Assembly (NCBI GenBank): GCA_964511215.1
Contig: CAZEER010000002.1
Span: 1 to 59,494 of the forward strand
Source of the DNA: an uncultured bacterium
GTDB lineage: Bacteria; Fidelibacterota; Marinisomatia; Marinisomatales; UBA1611
DNA length: 59,494 nt
Reading direction: 5' to 3'
This document shows, piece by piece, positions 47,147 through 56,592 of the stretch. A program made the position numbers and the translations under genes. How positions within the stretch are numbered: the stretch's first letter is position 1; every line of letters starts with the position of its first letter. The notes beneath the pieces are model-generated. The model was given only the letters and a program-made list of their open reading frames with translations, had not been told where the DNA came from and did not search any database.

Positions 47147-48319
47147 ATGAATCTAATTTTGGAAGAATGTCGGGTATGTAAAGGCCAAAAAACCTACAAG
47201 CATTCCCTGACATCCTCTCTTCCCGTTTATATATGGCCATTGCCACAAGCTAAGGAGAATCTATTTCTTGATGCTGGTCTGTTCATCTGTGATGATTGTA
47301 GCCATGTTCAGTTGCAGTCGCTAGATGATACCTTGATTAATTCCTTCTATGAAGATGAATATTTCGTTCTTGAAGATAATGTCCTAGATCTAGATAGAGT
47401 CGACTTGCTTATTTCGGTATTCGGAAAAGAAATGTTGGAAGGCGCTAAATTTCTTGATATAGGTGGGGGCAACAATCCCTTTGCCGAACCACTGAGTGTC
47501 CGAGGGGTTAGCTCTGAAAGCTGGGTTGTGGATATTAATCCCAAACCCTCTGCTGCCGAAAAAGCGACCCAAATTGTTACCGGGCGGTTCGAGGATGTGC
47601 CCTTACCAAATGGATATTTCAATTTTGTTACCTCTTTTTTATCTATGGAGCATTTCAATTATCCTCCAGCGGTGGTTGCACGGATGGCGGAGGTTTTGCA
47701 GCCCGGTGGTCTAGCGGTGATCGAAGTGCCCAATCTTACAGGATTGATAGACTTAATTCCGCATTATCTGGTCTTCCACCAGCATGTCAGCATTTTTTCT
47801 ATCGGCGCACTTGACAGTCTATTCAGTCTTCACGGGTTTCGGCGTCAGACTATTCTTCGGGAAGACCATTCGATCATGGTGGCCTATGAAAATGTACACG
47901 CTCCCAGAAAACTATGTGTTCCTACCATTGACCCAAAAGCAGAACTAGACAGGTTTCGTTCTCGCATGCGACAAATTGACGAGGATCTCAAGAAATTGAA
48001 CTTTACCTCAAAATTGGGTGGTCTTGGTCTTTATAGTGCCGGTGGCAGTAGCAGCTTGTTTCTCGCTAATTTTCCTTGGCTGAGGGAATATCTGTCATTG
48101 GTATTCGATAGGGATGAGCGTAAGCAGGGTCGAATAGTCCCTGGAACAGATTTGGTTATTCTACCTCCGGAAAAAATAAAATCATCTGGTATAGATAAAC
48201 TCCTGTTTATTGATTCTGCCATTTACGATAATGTGGCTCCGGGCTTATCCATTGATTGCGTCAATCTTTCCCCTTATCTAGTAGCTTCCGTTGATCATAG
48301 AAAGGGAAACTCACATTAA
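47147..48319 (+). CDS. C-methyltransferase-like protein, paralog 3 (Zn-ribbon + SAM MTase), higher-GC gene
   Basis: CRVCKGQ...CDDCSHVQ; FLDIGGGNNPF; LAVIEVPN. About 45% GC versus under 30% for its neighbours. Confidence 0.65.
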   Translation: MNLILEECRVCKGQKTYKHSLTSSLPVYIWPLPQAKENLFLDAGLFICDDCSHVQLQSLDDTLINSFYEDEYFVLEDNVLDLDRVDLLISVFGKEMLEGAKFLDIGGGNNPFAEPLSVRGVSSESWVVDINPKPSAAEKATQIVTGRFEDVPLPNGYFNFVTSFLSMEHFNYPPAVVARMAEVLQPGGLAVIEVPNLTGLIDLIPHYLVFHQHVSIFSIGALDSLFSLHGFRRQTILREDHSIMVAYENVHAPRKLCVPTIDPKAELDRFRSRMRQIDEDLKKLNFTSKLGGLGLYSAGGSSSLFLANFPWLREYLSLVFDRDERKQGRIVPGTDLVILPPEKIKSSGIDKLLFIDSAIYDNVAPGLSIDCVNLSPYLVASVDHRKGNSH

Positions 48320-48456
48320 TTAGAATGATATAACATGATCAGATTTTTAAGTGAATCCATTTTAGCTATGAATAAATGTGTTATAATTAATTCAGATGAA
48401 ATGTTACATGAAAGATTAATACAGGAAATAAACATAATTTTATAAAGGAGAATATC

Positions 48457-49122
48457 ATGACAAAGGAATATTTGTATAATCGTTTTGAACTTACTGAAGA
48501 ATATAAAAATGACATTATAGAAATGCTTCGTTATAATACCAATGTAGAAATTGGTGGTCATAGGATCTTTGATGGCCAGAGAACGCACCTGATGCAAAGT
48601 CCATGGGAACTTGCTGATTTTATTTTTGAATTGAAAAAGCATGAAATAAATACAGGACATAAATTAAGTTCATTCTTAGAAGTTGGATTTTCATCAGGCA
48701 TAAACAATTCGGTACTAAATAAGTTTTTTAATTTTAAGCATATAGTTGGTTTAGATTATTTTGCATCATCAATTAATGCAGATTGTCTTCTCGGGAATAT
48801 GATTTATAAAAACCTTACTTTAATCTGTGGTAATACTCAATCAAGTTATGTAATAGATTTAGCAAATAAGCTTGGTCCTTACGATTTAATATTTATTGAT
48901 GCTGAACACACGTACGAAGGTATTAAAGCGGATTTCAACAATTATTTACCAATGCTATCGGATAATGGAGTAATAGGATTTCATGATGTAGAATGTCCTG
49001 ATTGGCCAGGAATAAATAAATTTTGGAATGAGCTCGAAAGCACCAATAAATACAATATGAAAAAATTTGTAAAAAAGGGGTTTCTATTACAATACGGTAT
49101 AGGAATGCTAACGGAAAAATGA
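48457..49122 (+). CDS. class I SAM-dependent methyltransferase (Methyltransf_24/CmcI-like)
   Basis: AAGGAG SD. LEVGFSSG, DLIFIDAEHTYEGIKADF, NGVIGFHD. Confidence 0.7.
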   Translation: MTKEYLYNRFELTEEYKNDIIEMLRYNTNVEIGGHRIFDGQRTHLMQSPWELADFIFELKKHEINTGHKLSSFLEVGFSSGINNSVLNKFFNFKHIVGLDYFASSINADCLLGNMIYKNLTLICGNTQSSYVIDLANKLGPYDLIFIDAEHTYEGIKADFNNYLPMLSDNGVIGFHDVECPDWPGINKFWNELESTNKYNMKKFVKKGFLLQYGIGMLTEK

Positions 49123-49340
49123 TTTATGCATAGCCAACTAGGTAAACATCATATTTGAATTAAAATAATTTCTAAAGAAATACTTTCTCTAGGAGAAAAT
49201 ATTGCAAAAAATTTCATACTGAAACCAATTACGAGGAACCAATTACTATAAAACAGTCTAATTTCAATGATATAGGAAAGACGCTTCATTCATGGGCCCA
49301 AGATTTATTCCCCATCTGCAGGAGCATCACTGGCCCCGGG

Positions 49341-50561
49341 GTGAGGGAGACCTTAAAATATATTCAAGATATATTACCAGAATTAAAAATATATTCTGTT
49401 TCTTCTGGAGCTCAAGCTTTTGACTGGACTGTCCCGAATGAGTGGATTATTCATGATGCTTTCATTGCAGATGAGTCCGGTAAAAGAATCGTCGATTATC
49501 AGAAACATAATCTGCACATTTTGGGTTACTCTGAACCGGTGGACAAGTGGCTAACATTGGATAAACTTGACTCACATTTGTTTTCACTTCCGGATCAGCC
49601 CAATGGGATTCCTTATGTAACATCCTATTATGAAAGACGATGGGGGTTTTGCTTGACCCACAATCAACGAAAAACTCTACAACCTGGAAACTACCATGTT
49701 GTGATAAATTCAGATTTGAAACCCGGGATAATGAATTACGGGGAGTTGATACTTCCTGGAGATTCAGTTAAGGAAGTCTTTCTTTCAACCTACATCTGCC
49801 ATCCATCCATGGCCAACAATGAACTTTCCGGGCCTGTTGTAACCACAGCATTGGCGCGGTGGTTATCATCTTTAGAAAGGAGACGTTATACCTACCGAAT
49901 TGTCTTCATACCTGAAACGATTGGATCTATTGTCTACCTGAGCAGAAACCTTGATCATCTGAAACAGCATGTCATTGCCGGTTTCAATATTACCTGTATT
50001 GGAGACGATCGCTGTTATTCCTACCTACCATCGCGGGATGGCAACACGTTCTCAGATAGAGCTGCTTTGCATGTACTAATGCATATTGATCCAGAATTTA
50101 ATCGTTACACCTGGTTGGATCGGGGCAGTGACGAACGCCAGTACTGTGCACCGGGGATAGATCTTCCTATTGCTACAATCATGCGTAGTAAATACGGAGA
50201 GTACCCTGAATACCATACTTCTTTGGATGATTTGAGCCTGGTAACATCATCAGGACTGGAAGGAGGTTTTACAGCGCTGAAGAAAACACTCGAGATCATA
50301 GAGAAAAATGTCTGTCCAAAAACTACAGTATTGGGAGAACCACAGTTGGGTAAACGAGGACTTTACCCAAAGCTTAGCACCAAAACCTCTGGAGAACAAG
50401 TTCGCGCCATGATGAATCTGATTTCTTATTGTGATGGTCAGAATAGCCTTTTGGAAATTGCTGAATTGATCGAAGAACCTTTTTGGGAACTAGCCCCGAT
50501 AGTGGAAAAACTGGTTGATAATGGCCTTTTATCGGTTAATACAACCAAAGGAGAAAGTTGA
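49341..50561 (+). CDS. DUF2172/DUF4910 aminopeptidase-like (M28-fold) protein with a C-terminal winged helix; N-terminus extends upstream of any canonical start
   Basis: FDWTVPNEW, HNLHILGYSEP, CHPSMANNELSGP, and C-terminal GQNSLLEIAELIEEP wHTH. The conserved LFPICRSITGPG is encoded in frame at 49305-49340, before the GTG at 49341. In-frame stop at 49173. Confidence 0.65.
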   Translation: MRETLKYIQDILPELKIYSVSSGAQAFDWTVPNEWIIHDAFIADESGKRIVDYQKHNLHILGYSEPVDKWLTLDKLDSHLFSLPDQPNGIPYVTSYYERRWGFCLTHNQRKTLQPGNYHVVINSDLKPGIMNYGELILPGDSVKEVFLSTYICHPSMANNELSGPVVTTALARWLSSLERRRYTYRIVFIPETIGSIVYLSRNLDHLKQHVIAGFNITCIGDDRCYSYLPSRDGNTFSDRAALHVLMHIDPEFNRYTWLDRGSDERQYCAPGIDLPIATIMRSKYGEYPEYHTSLDDLSLVTSSGLEGGFTALKKTLEIIEKNVCPKTTVLGEPQLGKRGLYPKLSTKTSGEQVRAMMNLISYCDGQNSLLEIAELIEEPFWELAPIVEKLVDNGLLSVNTTKGES

Positions 50562-50715
50562 TACACAGATCCACTGTTACAAAAAAAGAGTCTCTGGTGT
50601 TCTACCGTTTGCATTACGAGAAGATGAAAAAGGGTGATATGTTGATTGCAAAGAACTTGTGCATTGTTCGTCAGGAGCCGCTATTATCACTCATAATTTT
50701 AGGATTACTACAGTT

Positions 50716-51615
50716 TTGAAAATCCTAATTACTGGTTCCAATGGAATGCTCGGAAGTACGCTATGCTATTATTATCATAATAAATATGATATTTTTGCAT
50801 TTCATAGGGATAATGTTTTTTATTCATTAGGAAAAGATTACAGTATTGATTTGACTAATTTTTCTAAAGTAGATCAATACCTTGATCAAATAGAACCGGA
50901 TGTAATTATTCACTGTGCAGGTCTAACAAACGTTGATAAATGTGAAATTAGTCCTAAAGTTTCTTTTGATGTTAATGTCAGAATTACTGAAAACATTGCA
51001 AGAAAATGTTCAAATAAGACACAATTTATTTACATATCAAGTGACCAAGTTTACGGAAACTGTAAAGATAATAAAGAGAAGAATACTAAAATCCAGCCAA
51101 TTAATCAGTATGGGAGATCGAAATTAGCTGGCGAAAAAATTGTTTCAGAGTTATGTGAAAAACATATAATAATTAGAACAAATATCTTTGGTTGGAACTT
51201 TAACCCCAATAAAACTAGCTCGGCAGAATGGATTTATAATTCTCTAAATAACAAGCAAGAGATTACTCTTTACTGTGATTATACTTTTTCTCCAATATAC
51301 ACTTTTAATCTAGCAGCAATAATAATAAAGCTCATAAAAATTAGATTCTATGGTATAATTAATATCGGTTCCCCAAAACCATGTTCAAAATATGAATTTG
51401 GTATTGTTCTTGCTAGGGAATTTGGATTAGATCAATCTTTAATAAAAAAAGGTTTTGTTTCTGAAAATTCTTTTGTTGCACAAAGACCCAAAAACCTTGA
51501 GCTTAACACTGAAAAGCTTTCAGCTTTAAAAATTAGATCTCCTAACTATAATCTTTCAATAAAACATTTTTCCGCAAATAGAAGCGACGGTAAAATTTTA
51601 AAACATGTTAAATAA
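50716..51615 (+). CDS. RmlD-like SDR (dTDP-4-dehydrorhamnose reductase family)
   Basis: TTG 50716 gives LKILITGSNGMLGS. IIHCAGLTNVDKCE, YISSDQVYG, YGRSKLAGE. The ORF opens at GTG 50659, but those 19 aa look non-native. Confidence 0.75.
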   Translation: MKILITGSNGMLGSTLCYYYHNKYDIFAFHRDNVFYSLGKDYSIDLTNFSKVDQYLDQIEPDVIIHCAGLTNVDKCEISPKVSFDVNVRITENIARKCSNKTQFIYISSDQVYGNCKDNKEKNTKIQPINQYGRSKLAGEKIVSELCEKHIIIRTNIFGWNFNPNKTSSAEWIYNSLNNKQEITLYCDYTFSPIYTFNLAAIIIKLIKIRFYGIINIGSPKPCSKYEFGIVLAREFGLDQSLIKKGFVSENSFVAQRPKNLELNTEKLSALKIRSPNYNLSIKHFSANRSDGKILKHVK

Positions 51616-53191
51616 GATTTATAAAAGAGAAAATTTTAAAAATAGGCTTGCTGTACTTCGTGGAGCTAAAATTTTAAAAAATGAGAACAATCCTTTTTAT
51701 GTTGTAGATAGCGTAAGTGCCCTTACTGATATTAATTTGAATATTGATGATAAAATTTTTTCTTCAAACCTAGTTGGATCACATCAATCAATAATTGAAG
51801 TACTACTTAGGCAAATTTTATTAAAAAATTATTCATTATACTGTAATAGAATTATGAGATCCATCGGGAATGGAAAGCCAGTAGTTATTCCAATACCTAA
51901 AGTTTGGCAAAATCATTTTTCTAGAAATGGTTTAGTTTTTAATAAAAATCTTTGTTTGGCATTTCTTTTTTTTATTTCGGTAAAAGATTTATTTAAAGGA
52001 TTGATTCAATCTATACTTTATATAACACCTTTTAATGATTTTGTGAGTATTAAATGCCCTTATGTGATGTTTTTTGATCAAGAAGAAAAAAATTTGCCAA
52101 TTGCAGGAATCAAGAGTAAAAATAATTTAGTTTCCTGGTATAGAAAATCAAAAATTAACAAACCTCATATTAAAAAGTTTTTAATACATGGAAAGTTTAA
52201 TAAAAATTATGTTCCTCCAAATGAATTAATCGTAACTCAGTTTATTTTTCCCAGATTAAGTAGTTTCTACAAATGTTTAGTGTTTTCCTACAAAAATATT
52301 ATTGCTTTTTTAACAGCGATTTTAGGGTTAATAAATGGTAATTGGTGGGCCGGGTTTCTTTATAAAGAGAGTATATTATTGAACTATCTGAGTACTGTAG
52401 AAAAAGATGAATTAGCTGAGGATTATTATTTTTCTAATTCTACGTGGTATTATAAACCTTTATGGACAAATGAGATTGAGAATAAAGGTATCTCAATCAT
52501 TATGTATAATTATTCAATAAATATGGCAAAATTTTGGAGATGGGATAAAGTAGAGCCAGATACATATGGATGTAATACAATGACTTGGAAAAACATAGTA
52601 ACCTGGGATGCCAAACAGAATGAATTCTTTAAAAAATATTGTCCCGAAGCTAAATATTATGTATTGGGTTCAATAGATTTTAAGAATTATGATGTTATTA
52701 AAATTGAAGAAAAAACAAAAAAACGCCTTGTGATTTTTGATGTAACACCATTTAGACCATTATTTTATACTTCTTTGGGGTATGCTATTCCACCATATTA
52801 TAGTGAAAAAATTAATTTAGACTTTTTATCAACATTATTATATGTTTTTGATGATAGTAAATGGGAGATTATTTTTAAGCAAAAGAAAAAATTAATTAGT
52901 CAATGGGTTTCCCCGGGTTTTATTATAAGACAAAAAAAATTAATATCTTCATCTGTTACTGAAGTTGATCAGAATATTTCTGCCAAAGCAATAATTGAAA
53001 ATGCTAATGCTGTAATTAGTATGCCTTTTACATCAACATCATATCAGGCGGCAGAGCTTAATATACCATCTGCTTACTTTGATGTGTCAGGAATGATTCA
53101 GATAAATAATTTTTATGGAATAACTACAATAAAAAATCAAAATGAATTGGTACAATGGAAAGATTGGTTAGATCTAAAGAATAATATTTGA
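51605..53191 (+). CDS. putative polysaccharide-biosynthesis transferase with a PFTS motif (LIC12162-like family as I remember it)
   Basis: The C-terminal region VISMPFTSTSYQAAELNIP contains the literal PFTS motif. 528 aa, GT-B-like C-terminal half. Confidence 0.5.
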   Translation: MLNKIYKRENFKNRLAVLRGAKILKNENNPFYVVDSVSALTDINLNIDDKIFSSNLVGSHQSIIEVLLRQILLKNYSLYCNRIMRSIGNGKPVVIPIPKVWQNHFSRNGLVFNKNLCLAFLFFISVKDLFKGLIQSILYITPFNDFVSIKCPYVMFFDQEEKNLPIAGIKSKNNLVSWYRKSKINKPHIKKFLIHGKFNKNYVPPNELIVTQFIFPRLSSFYKCLVFSYKNIIAFLTAILGLINGNWWAGFLYKESILLNYLSTVEKDELAEDYYFSNSTWYYKPLWTNEIENKGISIIMYNYSINMAKFWRWDKVEPDTYGCNTMTWKNIVTWDAKQNEFFKKYCPEAKYYVLGSIDFKNYDVIKIEEKTKKRLVIFDVTPFRPLFYTSLGYAIPPYYSEKINLDFLSTLLYVFDDSKWEIIFKQKKKLISQWVSPGFIIRQKKLISSSVTEVDQNISAKAIIENANAVISMPFTSTSYQAAELNIPSAYFDVSGMIQINNFYGITTIKNQNELVQWKDWLDLKNNI

Positions 53192-53403
53192 AATAAATAT
53201 TAATTGAATATTAACAAGACATTAATTAATAAATAAAAAATAACAGATTCATACTTAATTTTACAAAACAAACAATATAAATTATAACACCTAACTGTTG
53301 ATTAATGTTGAAAACATATGATTTATTCATTGAAAAAAATGAGAACTATCTAAACCAATAATTTCCATAATTTTTTAACTTTTTCTGAAATCGTAATTAA
53401 TAA

Positions 53404-55011
53404 ATGAAAGTAACTCTATTGGATTGTACACTACGTGATGGTGGCTATTATAATAAATGGGATTTTGATGAAAAGATAGTTAAACATTACCTGAAAGCTA
53501 TGAGTGCATCTTGTGTCGATTTTGTAGAATTAGGGTTTCGTTTCCAATCTAAGAATACCTTTTTCGGGCCCTATGCATACACTACTGATAATTTTATTAA
53601 TAGTTTAGAACTACCACCTGGGCCAAAATATGGTGTTATGATTAATGGTAAAGATTTTATTACCTCGGAGGATAAAAAAAACTCGTTAATCAATAGTAGT
53701 TTTCAAAAAAAGGAAAAATCGCCCATTTCCTTAATTAGAATAGCAATGAATTTTGATTCTGTTCTTACTTCAAGATCCATTGTAGAATGTCTCAAGGATA
53801 AGGGGTATTTAATTGGCTTAAATATGATGCAATCCCATGGTAAGATTCACGAAGAATATGTAAATGTAGCAAAGGCTCTATCATCATGGGATTCTATTGA
53901 TGTTTTATTTTTTGCCGATTCATTGGGTAATATGACCCCTAAGGATATCAAAAATATATGTTTATCAATCAGAGACGGTTGGGATGGTGAATTAGGTATT
54001 CACACTCATAATAATAAAACTTATGCTTTAATTAATTCAATCACTGCAATCGAAAATGGAGTAAGTTGGGTTGATGGGACTATAACAGGGATGGGTCGTG
54101 GTGCAGGTAATGCACCAACAGAGAGTTTGATTTTAGAAATGTCTAATTCAGGCTACCATAATGGTAATGTGAAAAAGATTCAATCAACTATAGAAGATTT
54201 CACAATATTGAAAAATAAATATAAGTGGGGTCCAAATCTCTATTATCATTATTCTGCTAATCATGAAATACATCCTTCATTTGTTCAAACTCTTCTTGAG
54301 GGTAGAAGATATGGTGCAAATCAGATTATGGGTGCACTAGCTTTCCTTGCAGATAAAGATTCATCTTCATTTAGTGCAAATGCATTGCGCAAAGCTATTT
54401 ATGGAAATCACTCACATTATAATGGTGATTGGGATGCAAGTGGATGGTTAAGTGGAGAAACTGTTCTTATAGTAGGGGCGGGTCCCTCAGTGAAAAAATA
54501 CAAAGATTACATTCTGCAATACATTGAAAAACAATCTCCGACTGTTTTTCATCTTAATATAAATCCTCATTTGCCAAGTACAAATGTAAAAGCATCAATT
54601 GTATGTAATGAAACTCGAATTTTGCTTGATGCATCGCGATACAAATATTTAAATCATCCAATCATTATGCCCAAAAAGAGAATAGGCATGTTAATACAAG
54701 ATGAGTTAAAAGAATTAGATATTCTCGATTATGGACTTATTCTAGAATCAGAAGCTTTCAAAATTAAATCAAATTTTTGTATACTGGGTTGGCCATTAGC
54801 TATAGCGTATGCATTATCAATTATCACTATTGGTGAGCCAAAAGCTATCCATCTAGTTGGTTTTGATGGTTATGATGCTGATGATCCTAGACAAAAACAA
54901 ATGAATGATATATTAAAAAAATATAAGAATACAAAAGAGAGTGTTCCGTTATTATCTTTAACACCCACAAATTATAGAATAAAACAAGGCTCTATATTTT
55001 CAGTAATATAA
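53404..55011 (+). CDS. HMGL-like (pyruvate carboxyltransferase/4-hydroxy-2-oxovalerate aldolase-type) domain fused to a C-terminal domain of unknown function (DUF115/Maf-like?)
   Basis: TLLDCTLRDGGY, GIHTHNN, GMGRGAGNAPTE (TIM-barrel aldolase). C-terminal 200 aa carry VLIVGAGPSVKKY and HLVGFDGYD. Confidence 0.7.
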   Translation: MKVTLLDCTLRDGGYYNKWDFDEKIVKHYLKAMSASCVDFVELGFRFQSKNTFFGPYAYTTDNFINSLELPPGPKYGVMINGKDFITSEDKKNSLINSSFQKKEKSPISLIRIAMNFDSVLTSRSIVECLKDKGYLIGLNMMQSHGKIHEEYVNVAKALSSWDSIDVLFFADSLGNMTPKDIKNICLSIRDGWDGELGIHTHNNKTYALINSITAIENGVSWVDGTITGMGRGAGNAPTESLILEMSNSGYHNGNVKKIQSTIEDFTILKNKYKWGPNLYYHYSANHEIHPSFVQTLLEGRRYGANQIMGALAFLADKDSSSFSANALRKAIYGNHSHYNGDWDASGWLSGETVLIVGAGPSVKKYKDYILQYIEKQSPTVFHLNINPHLPSTNVKASIVCNETRILLDASRYKYLNHPIIMPKKRIGMLIQDELKELDILDYGLILESEAFKIKSNFCILGWPLAIAYALSIITIGEPKAIHLVGFDGYDADDPRQKQMNDILKKYKNTKESVPLLSLTPTNYRIKQGSIFSVI

Positions 55012-55015
55012 TTCT

Positions 55016-55753
55016 ATGGATAAATATAAGGATCTAAAACATCTTTGTTTTGATAAAGATGGAGTTTTAATTGATGTCCATGCGTATTGGTCTCATACAA
55101 CTAAAATTAGAGCAGACTTTTTTAAAAATAAATTTCATTTAACAGATCTTCAAACTTCTAAATTGATTGAAGCCATGGGCATTAATACAACAACAGAAAA
55201 GATAAAAAGATCTGGACCGATAGGCTATAAGCCAAGAGAAAAAGTTATAGATTCTCTTAGAAAAAAATTAGAAGAATTTTTGATCAAAACAGATTATCCA
55301 GACATTGTAGAAGATTTTAAAAATATAGATGAATATCAGCAAAGAAAGGGCGATTTTAAGATATTACTTATAGAAGGAGTTAGAGAATTTCTAGAAAAAA
55401 ATAAAAACAAGTTTTCAATGAGTGTTTTTACATCAGATAGGAAAAAGAATGCTGAATTATCTCTAAAAAATTGTGATATCCTTAATTATTTTGATATTGT
55501 TTTAGGTGGAGATGATGTTCAATCATCTAAACCGAACCCCGAGGGTATTTTAATCGCATGCGATAAATTAGATTGTGATACTAGCCATACTGCATATTTA
55601 TCTGATACTTCGAGTGATTTACTTATGGCAAAGCAGGCTAATTTACCTGTCAAAATTGGTCTGCTTACTGGACTTGGTAATAAAAAACAGCTAAAGATGT
55701 ATGGGGATTTAATTTGTGATAATTTAACGGAGCTTAATAATTATTTTTTGTGA
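55016..55753 (+). CDS. HAD-superfamily hydrolase (subfamily IA, phosphatase-like)
   Basis: CFDKDGVLIDV (DxDG), FTSDRK, SSKPNPEG, LSDTSSDL. Confidence 0.8.
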   Translation: MDKYKDLKHLCFDKDGVLIDVHAYWSHTTKIRADFFKNKFHLTDLQTSKLIEAMGINTTTEKIKRSGPIGYKPREKVIDSLRKKLEEFLIKTDYPDIVEDFKNIDEYQQRKGDFKILLIEGVREFLEKNKNKFSMSVFTSDRKKNAELSLKNCDILNYFDIVLGGDDVQSSKPNPEGILIACDKLDCDTSHTAYLSDTSSDLLMAKQANLPVKIGLLTGLGNKKQLKMYGDLICDNLTELNNYFL

Positions 55754-56592
55754 TGGATTTATACAATGCAACAGTAGAAATACATAGAAATAACAAAATA
55801 TCAACTATCTTTAGAGTTTATCCAGATTTTCCGATTAGAAAGTTTATACCAGGTCAATATGGAAGCCTTGGATTAATAAATGATAAAGGAGATAGGTTAA
55901 TTAAAAGAGCGTATTCAATTTCTTCATCCATCATTGATTTATCTACTAATAAACTACAGGATCAGAGGAGAATAAAATATTTAGAGTTTTATATTAATCG
56001 TGTAAAAGAGCACAATAAAAGAGAACAGATTACACCTAAATTATTTAAATTGAAAACTGGAGATAGATTATTTTGTGGGGAAAAAATTATTGGCAATTAT
56101 ATTTACCAGGATCATAAAGAATGGAAAAATATTTTCTTGATTAGCACTCATACAGGCGAGTCTCCAAATAACTCAATTATAAACAAATTATTATTAGATG
56201 GTAAAGATATTAATATCTGTAATTTAAATGTTGGTAAAATTTTTTCATCTATTTATAGTGAGGAGCATAAATTTTTAGAAAAAAAAATAAATAATTATAA
56301 ATTCATACAATACGAGGATAATACTGAAAACTATTTAGAGTTAACTTGCTATATTGAAGGGTTTTTAAATAATGATACTTCGATAACTAAAGCAATTGGT
56401 TTTGAATTTAATAAAGAAAATACTTTGATTATGTTATGTGGGGATCCAAAAATGATTGGTGCCCCAATTAAGAAAGGGAATTGGGAATATGTATATCCGA
56501 GAAATGGCTTAATAAAACTATTGCAGAAGAGCTCTTTAGAATTAACAACAAGATTTAAATTAGGAAGTATAGTGTATGAATCATACTGGTAG
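55750..56592 (+). CDS. ferredoxin/flavodoxin-NADP+ reductase-like flavoprotein (Fpr type)
   Basis: RAYSISS FAD motif, MLCGDPKMI, C-terminal ...VYESYW (aromatic terminal residue as in Fpr). NADP-loop HTGESP is atypical. Confidence 0.65.
   Translation: MMDLYNATVEIHRNNKISTIFRVYPDFPIRKFIPGQYGSLGLINDKGDRLIKRAYSISSSIIDLSTNKLQDQRRIKYLEFYINRVKEHNKREQITPKLFKLKTGDRLFCGEKIIGNYIYQDHKEWKNIFLISTHTGESPNNSIINKLLLDGKDINICNLNVGKIFSSIYSEEHKFLEKKINNYKFIQYEDNTENYLELTCYIEGFLNNDTSITKAIGFEFNKENTLIMLCGDPKMIGAPIKKGNWEYVYPRNGLIKLLQKSSLELTTRFKLGSIVYESYW

Noticed and set aside
47347-48222. Cluster of antisense and alternative-frame ORFs (47347-47658 -, 47390-47572 -, 47496-47714 +, 48031-48222 -)
   Set aside because: All overlap the C-methyltransferase-like CDS and appear only where GC rises to about 45%, which reduces stop-codon frequency in all frames. 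They have no motifs and no SD-like sites.
50562-50715. Possible gene remnant in the GC-richer 150 bp after the DUF4910 gene (small ORF starting at ATG 50624; 19 extra N-terminal codons of the 50659 ORF)
   Set aside because: Translations in all three frames gave no recognisable motif. It is most simply the tail of the acquired higher-GC segment, and the RmlD-like gene probably starts at TTG 50716.
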